A stretch of 36,787 bases of DNA, taken from assembly GCA_029934755.1 (NCBI GenBank), contig JAOZLQ010000002.1, positions 1-36,787 on the forward strand, given 5' to 3'. Both the position numbers and the translations under genes were made by a program. The notes under the pieces are model-generated. The model was not told where the DNA came from and made no database searches. It saw nothing but the letters and a program-made list of their open reading frames with translations. The first letter of the stretch is position 1, and each line of letters begins with the position of its first letter. This document shows positions 26,980 to 36,023 of this stretch, in pieces. This DNA comes from Desulfuromusa sp. (GTDB taxonomy: Bacteria; Desulfobacterota; Desulfuromonadia; Desulfuromonadales; Geopsychrobacteraceae).

Positions 26980-27737
26980 TGACTTTCAGCAACAACTACG
27001 GCCCGCCGGGAGTAGCAGAGCGGGAGAAAATGATTGAATCGCATCTTTCACTGGTCGATTTTTTGGTCGATCGGATGATGACCCAAGTTCCTGCGTTTGT
27101 TAGTCGAGACGATATCCGCAGTGCAGCTCTGATGGGGTTGATGGATGCTTCCAATCGTTTTGATCCACGTCGTGGTGTGTTGTTTAAAACGTTTGCCGAA
27201 CGAAGAATTCGTGGTGCTGTATTTGATGAAGTGCGGAGGATGGATTGGTTCTCCCGAACTTTGCGGGAAAAACAATCGCGGTTATCGAAAGTGACAGATG
27301 CTTTAGGAAAACGACTTGGTCGTGCGCCTGAAGATCCAGAACTGGCCGAAGAATTGGATATGAGCCTTGATGATTTTCGCGAATTGCAACTCCAGGTCAG
27401 CCAGCTTGGCACTATCAGCTTGAATGAAAATCTTGATAATGATGACGATTCAGGAAGAACTTTTATCGACAACCTGGAAGATACCAAGCAAGCCAGTGTT
27501 CAGGAGCGGATGGAGGCAAATGAACTGACCGGGGAGCTAGCTGGATATCTGGAACAACTTTCCGAGAAGGAGCGTCTGGTTGTCGCCCTTATCTACTATG
27601 AAGAGTTGTCACAAAAAGAAATTTCAGAAGTTCTAGAATTATCGGAAGGGCGGATTTCCCAGTTGCACAGTCAGGCGTTAAGTAAATTAAAGACCAAAAT
27701 GAAGCGCAGTATCAACGCTCTGCATCCGGAGGACTAA
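26979..27737 (+). CDS. fliA: RNA polymerase sigma-28 factor FliA
   Basis: FKTFAERRIRGAVFDEVRRMDW, region 4 LSEGRISQLHSQA. Confidence 0.95.
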   Translation: MTFSNNYGPPGVAEREKMIESHLSLVDFLVDRMMTQVPAFVSRDDIRSAALMGLMDASNRFDPRRGVLFKTFAERRIRGAVFDEVRRMDWFSRTLREKQSRLSKVTDALGKRLGRAPEDPELAEELDMSLDDFRELQLQVSQLGTISLNENLDNDDDSGRTFIDNLEDTKQASVQERMEANELTGELAGYLEQLSEKERLVVALIYYEELSQKEISEVLELSEGRISQLHSQALSKLKTKMKRSINALHPED

Positions 27738-27739
27738 AA

Positions 27740-28108
27740 ATGGTCGCTGAACAGTTTCCGTTGTTAGTTGTCGGTTCAATTGGTCTGTTGGCTCTATTGT
27801 CCAGTTTCTGGCAGTTGCGGGTTTCGGCAAAACTGGGTCGGGAACTGCGTGTACTACGGCAACAACTACTGGATTTGGAGACAAAGAAGAGGCAAGAACC
27901 AAGTTTTTCAAAAAGTCTCGATCAGGTAGAGATGGAACAAAAAGCATTTGAGATCCCTCGCAGTAGTTCTGAGAAATATCGTTATGTTGCGTCTTTGGCC
28001 GATCAGGGAGTCGATGCAAAAGGGATTGCTGTTGCGTTGCAAATGGCTCCGATAGAAGTCGAACAACTGCTGAAACTGGCACGGTTGAAACAGCAGGTTC
28101 CGAGTTAA
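27740..28108 (+). CDS. Small membrane-anchored coiled-coil protein with C-terminal HTH-like segment (DUF2802-like)
   Basis: N-terminal TM, coiled coil, YVASLADQGVDAKGIAVALQMAPIEVEQLLKL, SD GGAGG. Confidence 0.6.
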   Translation: MVAEQFPLLVVGSIGLLALLSSFWQLRVSAKLGRELRVLRQQLLDLETKKRQEPSFSKSLDQVEMEQKAFEIPRSSSEKYRYVASLADQGVDAKGIAVALQMAPIEVEQLLKLARLKQQVPS

Positions 28109-28163
28109 AGATTTACTGTTAGAGGGTCGACAAGCAGGCATCAATTAAAAATGGAGAAGCAAG

Positions 28164-28892
28164 ATGTCAAGCGGCAAGTATGGGGCAATCTCAGGGGCAG
28201 TTGCACGGATGCAGATGTTGGAAAACATCAGTGAACATCTCGCTGCAGCAAAAACTCCTGGCTATAAAAAAGGTATGGTGACCTTTGAGGCAAAGCTTGG
28301 TGAAGCAACTTCTGGCTTGGCAACCCAAGGAACCAATTATAGTCGTTTGACTGAGCAGGAAATCGATTTTACTCCAGGGCACATTGAATTCAGCGGTGAT
28401 CCTTTGGATCTGGCGATTAATGGGGATGGTTTTTTTCAGATTCAACGTCCAGATGGTAGTTTCGGTTATGCTCGTAAGGGTAATTTTCAGCTCAATGGCG
28501 AAGGACAGTTGGTGGATACCAATGGCTTGCCAGTCATGGGAACAGGTGGTGGAGAGATTATTTTGCCACACACTGATGTTGATATCGGACCGGATGGTGC
28601 GATTTGGGCCGACCAGGAGAAAATCGGGCAGGTTGGACTGTTTCAGTTTGCCGACACATCAATTTTACAGCGGGCGGGTGGCGAAATGTTTCAGCCCGTT
28701 GATGATACCCAGCCGGAGTTGCATCCTGATCCGCAGATCGTGCAGAAAAACCTTGAAGCATCCAACATTGACATGATGAAAACTATGGTACGGATGACCT
28801 CCAACCTACGGGCGTTTGAAGCAACTCAAAAAGCATTGAAAATTTATAGCGACATGGACGGTAAGGCCGCTGAACTGGGTCTGGTCCAGTAG
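28164..28892 (+). CDS. flgF: Flagellar basal-body rod protein FlgF
   Basis: PLDLAINGDGFF, RKGNF, LEASNID, located before flgG. Confidence 0.88.
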   Translation: MSSGKYGAISGAVARMQMLENISEHLAAAKTPGYKKGMVTFEAKLGEATSGLATQGTNYSRLTEQEIDFTPGHIEFSGDPLDLAINGDGFFQIQRPDGSFGYARKGNFQLNGEGQLVDTNGLPVMGTGGGEIILPHTDVDIGPDGAIWADQEKIGQVGLFQFADTSILQRAGGEMFQPVDDTQPELHPDPQIVQKNLEASNIDMMKTMVRMTSNLRAFEATQKALKIYSDMDGKAAELGLVQ

Positions 28893-28934
28893 AAAGATTA
28901 AGGCGTAAAACACGCCAGGAAAAAGGAGTCAGAA

Positions 28935-29720
28935 ATGATCAGAGCACTTTGGACCGCAGCAACCGGAATGCAATCACAACAGGTCAACATGGACGTGATT
29001 GCCAACAACCTGGCTAACGTGAACAGCTCCGGTTTTAAAAAAAGCCGTGCCGATTTTCAGGATATTCTCTATCAGACCAGTCGTGCGGCTGGTACTGGTG
29101 TTGATGGTGGGGAAGTCCCAACTGGTGTTCAGGTTGGACTCGGTTCCCGGGTGGCTGCCGTGCAGAAAGTTTTTACCACCGGTGATTTCCAGCAGACTGA
29201 AAATGAGCTTGATCTGGCGATTGAGGGTCCTGGGTTTTTTCAGATCAATCTTCCTGATGGAAGTGAGGCTTACACCCGTTCTGGTGCTTTGAAAAAGGAT
29301 AGTACCGGGCGACTGGTCACTTCTGATGGTTATGCAATTATCCCGGAAATCGTCATTCCTGAAGGTTCTACTTCAATCTCTATCGGTAGTGGTGGCACTG
29401 TTGATGTTCTTTTAGATGGTGAAAGCACCTCGACTCAAGTGGGAAACATTGAACTGATTCGCTTTGGCAATCCTTCAGGATTGAGCAGCTTGGGTCGCAA
29501 TCTCTATGCAGAAACACCAACCACCGGTGCACCTCTCTCTGGAACTCCAGGGGAAGAAGGTTTCGGAACGCTGTCTCAGGGTTTTCTGGAAGGATCCAAT
29601 GTCAACATCATGGAAGAGATGGTCAATATGATTGCCGGGCAACGCGCCTACGAAGTTAATTCCAAGGCGATTAAAACTGCAGATGAAATGCTGCAGATGA
29701 CCACACAGCTCGTCCGTTAG
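28935..29720 (+). CDS. flgG: Distal rod protein FlgG
   Basis: [48 protein letters not shown]. Confidence 0.97.
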   Translation: MIRALWTAATGMQSQQVNMDVIANNLANVNSSGFKKSRADFQDILYQTSRAAGTGVDGGEVPTGVQVGLGSRVAAVQKVFTTGDFQQTENELDLAIEGPGFFQINLPDGSEAYTRSGALKKDSTGRLVTSDGYAIIPEIVIPEGSTSISIGSGGTVDVLLDGESTSTQVGNIELIRFGNPSGLSSLGRNLYAETPTTGAPLSGTPGEEGFGTLSQGFLEGSNVNIMEEMVNMIAGQRAYEVNSKAIKTADEMLQMTTQLVR

Positions 29721-29731
29721 GGGATAACGAA

Positions 29732-30454
29732 ATGAAATATCTGCTTTGTCTATTTCTGATTTTATCAACTCCGCTCATGGTTTACGGGGCGACACAGAAA
29801 GCTGCTAGCAAAACCGGTCAGCTGATTGATCAGCAGGAAATGGAGCAGATTTTTGGCGATTATTTGGCTGAACAATCAAGATTACTGCCGCATGTTGATC
29901 TGCGTTTCAAGTCGCTGAATTTACCCAAGCCTTATCATGTCCCAGCAGGGCGGATCACCCATCAGGTGATTCCTGCCAAACCAGGTGTTATCGGCAGCCG
30001 CCGAATGACTTTGATGACTCGGGTTGACGGGCGAATTATCAGTAATAAATCGGTGCGAGTCGAATTGGAATCTCTGGCTGAAATCACTGTTATTACCGGG
30101 GCATTGCGTCGAGGAACTATTCTTGACAGTGATGATGTTGAAATGCGCTATCAGGAGATCAGCCGCTTGAATGCACCGATTTTTTCGGTGGAGGATGTTA
30201 TCGGCAAACGTTTGAAGCGCTCTGTTCGATTGGGTGAGCCACTACAAAGAAATCAAGTGGAATTCCCCCCGGTTATAAAGCGGGGAGAGCGAGTAGTTAT
30301 CCAGGCACGCAGTCAGGGATTGATGCTCACTGCAGCTGGGGAAGCAAAGCAAGATGGCCGTACTGGTGAGGCAATTCGGGTGATGAATAGTAACTCCCGT
30401 AAGGAAATTCTCTGTCAGGTGGTTGCTCCCGGACTGGTCAAAGTGGAGTTTTAA
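29732..30454 (+). CDS. flgA: P-ring assembly chaperone FlgA
   Basis: Signal peptide, SAF domain, IKRGERV...GEAKQDGRTGEAIRVMNSNSRK. Confidence 0.93.
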   Translation: MKYLLCLFLILSTPLMVYGATQKAASKTGQLIDQQEMEQIFGDYLAEQSRLLPHVDLRFKSLNLPKPYHVPAGRITHQVIPAKPGVIGSRRMTLMTRVDGRIISNKSVRVELESLAEITVITGALRRGTILDSDDVEMRYQEISRLNAPIFSVEDVIGKRLKRSVRLGEPLQRNQVEFPPVIKRGERVVIQARSQGLMLTAAGEAKQDGRTGEAIRVMNSNSRKEILCQVVAPGLVKVEF

Positions 30455-30455
30455 A

Positions 30456-31148
30456 ATGGTGAAAAATATATTTTTCTTATTTACGCTAGTTCTACTGTTA
30501 AGTGCCTGCGCCGGGCCTGCATCCCGAGTCGATTTAAGTGATGTTGAACCGGTTGCTCCGATCATAAACGAACCGGCACCGCCACAGACCGCAGGGTCTC
30601 TCTGGACCGAAAGCCGCGGTGGAATGTTTGTCGATATGAAAGGACGTACCGTTGGTGACATTATTACGGTGGTCATTGTTGAGAATGCGAGTGCCAGCAA
30701 AGAAGCAACGACTGAGACTGATCGCAAGAGCACCATGTCGGCAGGGATTACAAATCTTCTGGGATTGGAAAAATATATTGGTCAACTGGGTAATGACGCG
30801 ATCAATAATGCTTCTCTGATTAGTGCAGCAACAGAAAATGATTTTGAGGGTGGAGGGAAAACGGCACGCAAAGAAACCTTAACTGCAACCCTGACGACCC
30901 AGGTGATTGAAGTGCTGCCGAACGGTAATTTGCGGATCGAAGGAAATAAAACTGTCACTGTAAATAATGAGATGCAGATTGTTAAACTCAGTGGGATTGT
31001 GCGCTCTGCAGATGTTTCCCCGCGTAACATTGTTGATTCAAAAAATATTCTCAATGCCCGTATTGCCTATGTCGGCGAGGGTGTTATCAGCGATAAGCAA
31101 CAGCAGGGTTGGTTGGTGAGAGCACTAGATCAAGTCTGGCCGTTTTAG
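30456..31148 (+). CDS. flgH: L-ring lipoprotein FlgH
   Basis: Lipobox LSAC, VGDIITV, VLPNGNLRIEG, C-terminal GWL...WPF. Confidence 0.96.
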   Translation: MVKNIFFLFTLVLLLSACAGPASRVDLSDVEPVAPIINEPAPPQTAGSLWTESRGGMFVDMKGRTVGDIITVVIVENASASKEATTETDRKSTMSAGITNLLGLEKYIGQLGNDAINNASLISAATENDFEGGGKTARKETLTATLTTQVIEVLPNGNLRIEGNKTVTVNNEMQIVKLSGIVRSADVSPRNIVDSKNILNARIAYVGEGVISDKQQQGWLVRALDQVWPF

Positions 31149-31149
31149 A

Positions 31150-31224
31150 TGTAAGGGCGCTGCTTGCTGCGCCCTTACCTTCTGTTAATTGTGTTAGAAG
31201 GGCGCGGCAAGCGGCGCCCCTACA
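31150..31224. repeat. Inverted pair of GTAG-family REP sequences (REPIN-like)
   Basis: TGTAAGGGCGCTGCTTGCTGCGCCCT (31150-31175) and, on the minus strand, TGTAGGGGCGCCGCTTGCCGCGCCCT (31199-31224), 23/26 identical. Confidence 0.8.
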
Positions 31225-31235
31225 CGGGGTTTACT

Positions 31236-32345
31236 ATGAAAGATTTTACCCACAAAATAATTATCATCTTGCTGATTCTCTGGGGAGTTGTCCTTCTTTC
31301 CACTGCAGAAGCATCTCGAATCAAAGAGCTAGCTAAACTGGAGGGAGTGCGATCCAATCAACTGATCGGTTACGGTCTGGTGGTTGGTCTCAACGGAACC
31401 GGTGATAGTGCTAGTACCCGATTCACTATTCAGTCGTTAGTTAACATGATGGAGCGCCTCGGTGTGACCGTCAACCCTGACACGGTTAAAGTTGATAATG
31501 TTGCTGCAGTTATTGTCACTGCGGACCTTCCCCCCTTTGCTCGAGCTGGAAATACCATTGATGTCTCGGTCTCTTCGGTTGGTGATGCAGACAATCTGGC
31601 CGGTGGTACCCTGTTGATGACCCCGCTAAAAGCGGCAGACGGGAAATACTATGCGGTTGCCCAAGGATCTCTGGTGGTTGGTTCGTTGGCCTTTGGTGGA
31701 AAGGCAGCTAAAGTGCAGAAAAATCACCCGACCGCTGGTAGAATTCCGGATGGAGCGCTAGTTGAACGAGAAGTTCCCTTTGTTTTTGGCGAGGGAAAAG
31801 AGTTGAATTATCGCCTGAAAGAGTCTGATTTTACGACGGTGTCGCGGATGAGTGAAGCGGTCAATCAACATTTTGGCGGAACCCCGGCTCATTCTCTCGA
31901 TGCTGGACTGATGCAGGTTGTCCTGCCCGAAGCTTATCAAGATAGAGTTGTTGAGTTTGTTGCCGAGCTGGAACATTTAACCGTTATCCCCGATACTCTG
32001 GCTCGAATCGTTGTCAATGAAAAGACCGGTACCATCGTCATGGGCGAAGGGGTCAGAATCTCTACGGTTGCAGTTTCTCACGGCAATCTCAATTTGATCA
32101 TCAGCGAACAGAGTAATGTTTCGCAGCCGAATGCATTCTCCGATGGCGAGACAGTTGTTACCCCGGAAACCGATATCGGCGTGGTTGAAGAGGCAGGTAA
32201 TCTGGTGGTGCTGGAGCAGGGTGTCAGTATCGGCGAGGTGGCATCAGCGCTGAATGCGATTGGTGCGACTCCACGTGATTTGATTGCAATTTTCCAGTCG
32301 ATTAAAGCTGCTGGGGCACTGTACGCGGACCTGGTGGTGTTGTAA
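31236..32345 (+). CDS. flgI: P-ring protein FlgI
   Basis: Signal peptide from ATG 31236, RIKE...GVRSNQLIGYGLVVGLNGTGD, C-terminal IKAAGAL. Confidence 0.97.
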   Translation: MKDFTHKIIIILLILWGVVLLSTAEASRIKELAKLEGVRSNQLIGYGLVVGLNGTGDSASTRFTIQSLVNMMERLGVTVNPDTVKVDNVAAVIVTADLPPFARAGNTIDVSVSSVGDADNLAGGTLLMTPLKAADGKYYAVAQGSLVVGSLAFGGKAAKVQKNHPTAGRIPDGALVEREVPFVFGEGKELNYRLKESDFTTVSRMSEAVNQHFGGTPAHSLDAGLMQVVLPEAYQDRVVEFVAELEHLTVIPDTLARIVVNEKTGTIVMGEGVRISTVAVSHGNLNLIISEQSNVSQPNAFSDGETVVTPETDIGVVEEAGNLVVLEQGVSIGEVASALNAIGATPRDLIAIFQSIKAAGALYADLVVL

Positions 32346-32644
32346 TGGAATCGCGAATCGATTCAGCTCAATTATTCAGCCAGGCGACAACCCAGATACC
32401 GAAAGCCCCTAAAGGACGGGATCCGGAAAAGCTGAAAGAGTCTGCTCAGCAGTTTGAAGCAATCTTTATTCAGCAGATGTTTAAAGAAATGCGTAAAACC
32501 ATCCCTGATGACGGTTTGATCCAGCGTGGTAATGCTGACGATATTTATTCACAATTGCAGGATATGGAAGCCGCTAAGATTACCGCTCAACAGGGTGGGA
32601 TTGGTCTGGCTGACATGATGATACAGCAGTTGCTGAAGGAATAG
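32345..32644 (+). CDS. flgJ: Short FlgJ (rod-capping domain only)
   Basis: LKESAQQFEAIFIQQMFKEMRKT...GGIGLADM, no muramidase domain. Confidence 0.9.
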   Translation: MESRIDSAQLFSQATTQIPKAPKGRDPEKLKESAQQFEAIFIQQMFKEMRKTIPDDGLIQRGNADDIYSQLQDMEAAKITAQQGGIGLADMMIQQLLKE

Positions 32645-32698
32645 TAGTGGACCCTCCTGTTCAGCATGCCAGCGAACTACTCTCACGACAGGTTGTTT

Positions 32699-34102
32699 TT
32701 ACGCTGACCCGTCCCGCTGAAATAAACTCTTCTTTTTGATGATATCAATTACGGCTGGCGGCACTAACTTCTGCCAGGTAGTGTCCCCACAACGAATTTT
32801 TTCCAGGACTGCGTTGGCATCAATGGTCAGATAGTTACGATCAACCGTATCCAGGTTGTGCAGAAAACCATTTTGCAGCAGATGGCGGTAAAGATATTGA
32901 AGATGATTTTCCACCATTAATTCATTTATTGTCAGCAGTGAGCCATCTTCTTTAAGAACGGGACAGACGTACAGGCGCATATCATTGCGGAACAGGAGTC
33001 CAAAGGATTCCAGAATACCGCCGTTCAAGTGCTCATAATACTTTTCTTTGAATATCTCTTGCAATGAAGGGATTCCCATTGCAAGGGCAACCGGCTTGCT
33101 GGTCTGTTTGAATAAAAATTGTGCCAAGCGGTAATATTCAGCAAAATTTGTAATCATCACGTTTTTTCCCAGAGCACATAAGACATCAACCCGTTGTAAA
33201 AAATCTTCAATATTAATATCGCCACCGTCACGAAGGTTCTGCAGCGTCATTTCAGTGAAGACGAATATGTCATCACTATCGATATTAGTTTCAGAACAGA
33301 AAGCTTCATAGGCACTATCAAGCAAGTTGATGGTAAGTTTTGTTGGTGGACAGAAACGGCTGCGTTCAACTAATACCGCTTTTTTAAACAACACCTCAGC
33401 AGGCTGTACCAGTTTGCCTCCTGGTTGAAACATTGTCGCATGAGTCAACCCATGCTGTACCAGTCGTAGTGCCATGATTCGATTATCGACAGAATCAAAT
33501 GCGGTACCGCTGAAATCGACCATGTCAATTTCTAACTGATCAGAGGAAAGACCATCCATCAGTGATCTGAGTAAGGCCACCGGTTCCTGATGCTGATAGT
33601 AAGCACCATAGATCAGATTGACGCCAAGGATACCAAGAGTCTTCTGATCCTGCATGCTGGAACTTCCCTTTAAGACAACATGCAGGTGAATTTTCGAGAT
33701 TGTTTCGTGTGGCTGAGTTTGGAACTGAATCCCCAGCCAACCGTGTCCTGTCTGATTGCGGGAATAATTAAAAGTTGCGACAGTATTGGCAAAGACGAAA
33801 AATATGCTTTCCGCACAGCGTTTTTTATCCAGACGCTGGCTTAACAGATTGTATTCGGTTTCGAGCATTGAGTGGAGACGCTCGCGACTGACATAACGGT
33901 CACAGGAGCCATAAATGGAGTCACTAAATTGCATGTCATAAGCAGACATCGTTTTGGCTATTGAACCTGCAGCACTACCAACCTTAAAAAACCAGCGTGC
34001 TGTTTCCTGACCAGCACCGATTTCTGCAATCGTTCCGTAGGCTCTTCTGTCCTTGTTGAGGGTCAGTGTTTTGTGGTGGGTATCGAGTAAGGTTTTTTCC
34101 AT
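32699..34102 (-). CDS. Conserved protein with CinA-like N-terminal and nucleotidyltransferase-like C-terminal regions
   Basis: YGTIAEIGAGQE, IAKTMSAYDM, RYVSRERL, C-terminal WQKLVPPAVIDIIKKKSLF resembling NadD/NadR-type ends. Confidence 0.6.
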   Translation of the reverse strand: MEKTLLDTHHKTLTLNKDRRAYGTIAEIGAGQETARWFFKVGSAAGSIAKTMSAYDMQFSDSIYGSCDRYVSRERLHSMLETEYNLLSQRLDKKRCAESIFFVFANTVATFNYSRNQTGHGWLGIQFQTQPHETISKIHLHVVLKGSSSMQDQKTLGILGVNLIYGAYYQHQEPVALLRSLMDGLSSDQLEIDMVDFSGTAFDSVDNRIMALRLVQHGLTHATMFQPGGKLVQPAEVLFKKAVLVERSRFCPPTKLTINLLDSAYEAFCSETNIDSDDIFVFTEMTLQNLRDGGDINIEDFLQRVDVLCALGKNVMITNFAEYYRLAQFLFKQTSKPVALAMGIPSLQEIFKEKYYEHLNGGILESFGLLFRNDMRLYVCPVLKEDGSLLTINELMVENHLQYLYRHLLQNGFLHNLDTVDRNYLTIDANAVLEKIRCGDTTWQKLVPPAVIDIIKKKSLFQRDGSA

Positions 34103-34247
34103 TTTATTTGTTCTCTTGTTTAAGGTTGTTGTTTTCTCAGGATTTAAAGTCGGTCAATTTGTTCGAATTCTATTAATGCAGTGTAACAGCTTTTGATCAA
34201 TTGTTAAATTTCAGGTTAAAATTGACTTTACTTGAAAGGGGGCATTG

Positions 34248-35417
34248 TCATTTTCCCCATGGTTTCGGACTGTCATCAGGCTTTAACCGGAACAGGTAGA
34301 GCCCACTGAGGACGGTCAGTCCAGCACAGATAAAGAGAGCTGTAAATCCTGCCACCTCACCGATCACTCCCAGAATCAAGGCACCACAAAAAACTCCGGC
34401 GTCAATCCCTCCGGTAAAAATCCCGGTCACTTTGCCACGTACCGCATATGGTTCGTTTCGCACAGTCATAGCATTCAGTGCGGGAAACAGCAGACCGTGA
34501 CCAATCCCAAAGATGAATCCAACGACAAGTAACAGTAAATTACCGTGAACTAGTGGAACTAGCAGTAACCCTGCTGCTGCAAGAGACAGCCCCCAGGGAA
34601 TAATTTGATTTTCACCGATTCGATCGGCCATTCTTCCGGCGAGAAAACGGATGCCGACGGCAGCAAAAGAGTAGGCGAGATAGTAGAGAGAAATGTAACT
34701 GAGTTCTTGTTCTTGAGCAAATGGAGCAATGAAATTTGCAGTTGCGGCCAAGCCAAAACCAAACAGCAGCGCTACCCCCCCACCAACTAATTGTTTCCGG
34801 GTTTTCAGCAGGGTGAAAAAGGATGGTGAAGGTTGTGTTTCTGCCTGTTGCAGGTGATGTCTGTCGCTGATCGGTAGTTGCAGCAGTAAAGCTGCTCCAG
34901 CCAGTCCTGAAGCGGTGAGAAAAAAAGCGGGGAAGCCGAACTTTTGCAAGATTGGCTCAGCAATCAGTGGGCCGATCGCCATGCCGATCAACCCGGAAGT
35001 CCCGAACATGCCGATTCCTTCATTCAGACGACTGACCGGAATCAAATCAACAATGAAAGTGAATATTGCGGTAAAGCAAATGGCCAGTCCAATGCCGTGA
35101 ATGATACGGAGCAGCAGCAAAAATAGATAATAGTCTGAGACCGTTCCTTTCAACAGCAAATACAACAGCGGCATGAGGGTCATGATGGTGCAGCCGATGG
35201 TATAACTGCGCTTGCGACCGAGATGGTCAATCATTTCGGCAACCCAGGGGCGGCAGAGAGCTGAAGCCAGGGCAAATATGCCCATAATAATGCCGATATC
35301 CTGATGACTACCACCGTGCCCGGTGATAAATAGTGGAAACAGGAAAAAGGTTGCAAAACTTGCCACCAGAAAAAGATTGGCAAGAAAAAGGGCGGCAAAA
35401 GCCGGAGTGTAAAGCAT
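34248..35417 (-). CDS. MFS transporter
   Basis: About 12 hydrophobic segments, motif A-like MIDHLGRKR and GRMADRIG. Confidence 0.9.
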   Translation of the reverse strand: MLYTPAFAALFLANLFLVASFATFFLFPLFITGHGGSHQDIGIIMGIFALASALCRPWVAEMIDHLGRKRSYTIGCTIMTLMPLLYLLLKGTVSDYYLFLLLLRIIHGIGLAICFTAIFTFIVDLIPVSRLNEGIGMFGTSGLIGMAIGPLIAEPILQKFGFPAFFLTASGLAGAALLLQLPISDRHHLQQAETQPSPSFFTLLKTRKQLVGGGVALLFGFGLAATANFIAPFAQEQELSYISLYYLAYSFAAVGIRFLAGRMADRIGENQIIPWGLSLAAAGLLLVPLVHGNLLLLVVGFIFGIGHGLLFPALNAMTVRNEPYAVRGKVTGIFTGGIDAGVFCGALILGVIGEVAGFTALFICAGLTVLSGLYLFRLKPDDSPKPWGK

Positions 35418-35449
35418 AATTTTGATCTCGAAAATAATAAATTGGAAAA

Positions 35450-35905
35450 TTAAATGAATATTTCTGCCCCTTGTAATGTTAATACGGTCAGAAATGAATA
35501 ACGTAGCCCCTTGCCAGTTGTCACTAACAGGGAAAAGCGAATCAACGGAGTTTTAAGTATGCCGCTGACCAGACAAAGCGGATCACCGACAATTGGTAAC
35601 CATGTCAGCAGCAGAGACCAACTTCCATAGCGGTTAAACCATGATTCGGCCAGTTGTTGCTGTTTGTTATCAATCCGGAGTAATTTTTCTGCCAACCAAT
35701 CACCACCATAATAGCCGATCAGATAATTGGTTCCAGCCCCGAGTGAGTTTCCAAGGGTCGCAATGATGACAGCAGTAATTGGGTTACTTCCCTGTAAAAG
35801 CAGTACAACCAGGAACCACTCAGATCCCAGCGGTAACAGAGTGGAAGCGCAGAAACTAAGCAAAAAGAGTGACAACAAGCCGTATTCATTTAAAAGTTCA
35901 AGCAT
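35450..35905 (-). CDS. YqaA/DedA (SNARE-associated) family membrane protein
   Basis: SFCASTLLPLGSE, ATLGNSLG, WLPIVGDPLC, GKGLRY. Start placed at MLELL (35905). Confidence 0.88.
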   Translation of the reverse strand: MLELLNEYGLLSLFLLSFCASTLLPLGSEWFLVVLLLQGSNPITAVIIATLGNSLGAGTNYLIGYYGGDWLAEKLLRIDNKQQQLAESWFNRYGSWSLLLTWLPIVGDPLCLVSGILKTPLIRFSLLVTTGKGLRYSFLTVLTLQGAEIFI

Positions 35906-36023
35906 GAGCCACATCATAGCAGAGTGACTGCTGGAAACAAATGGCTGAAAATGGCTTGTAGCGTGACTGATCAAGGTGTAAATTGTCCGCTTCGTTAATA
36001 TTGGTGAAAAGGATGTTGGTGAA

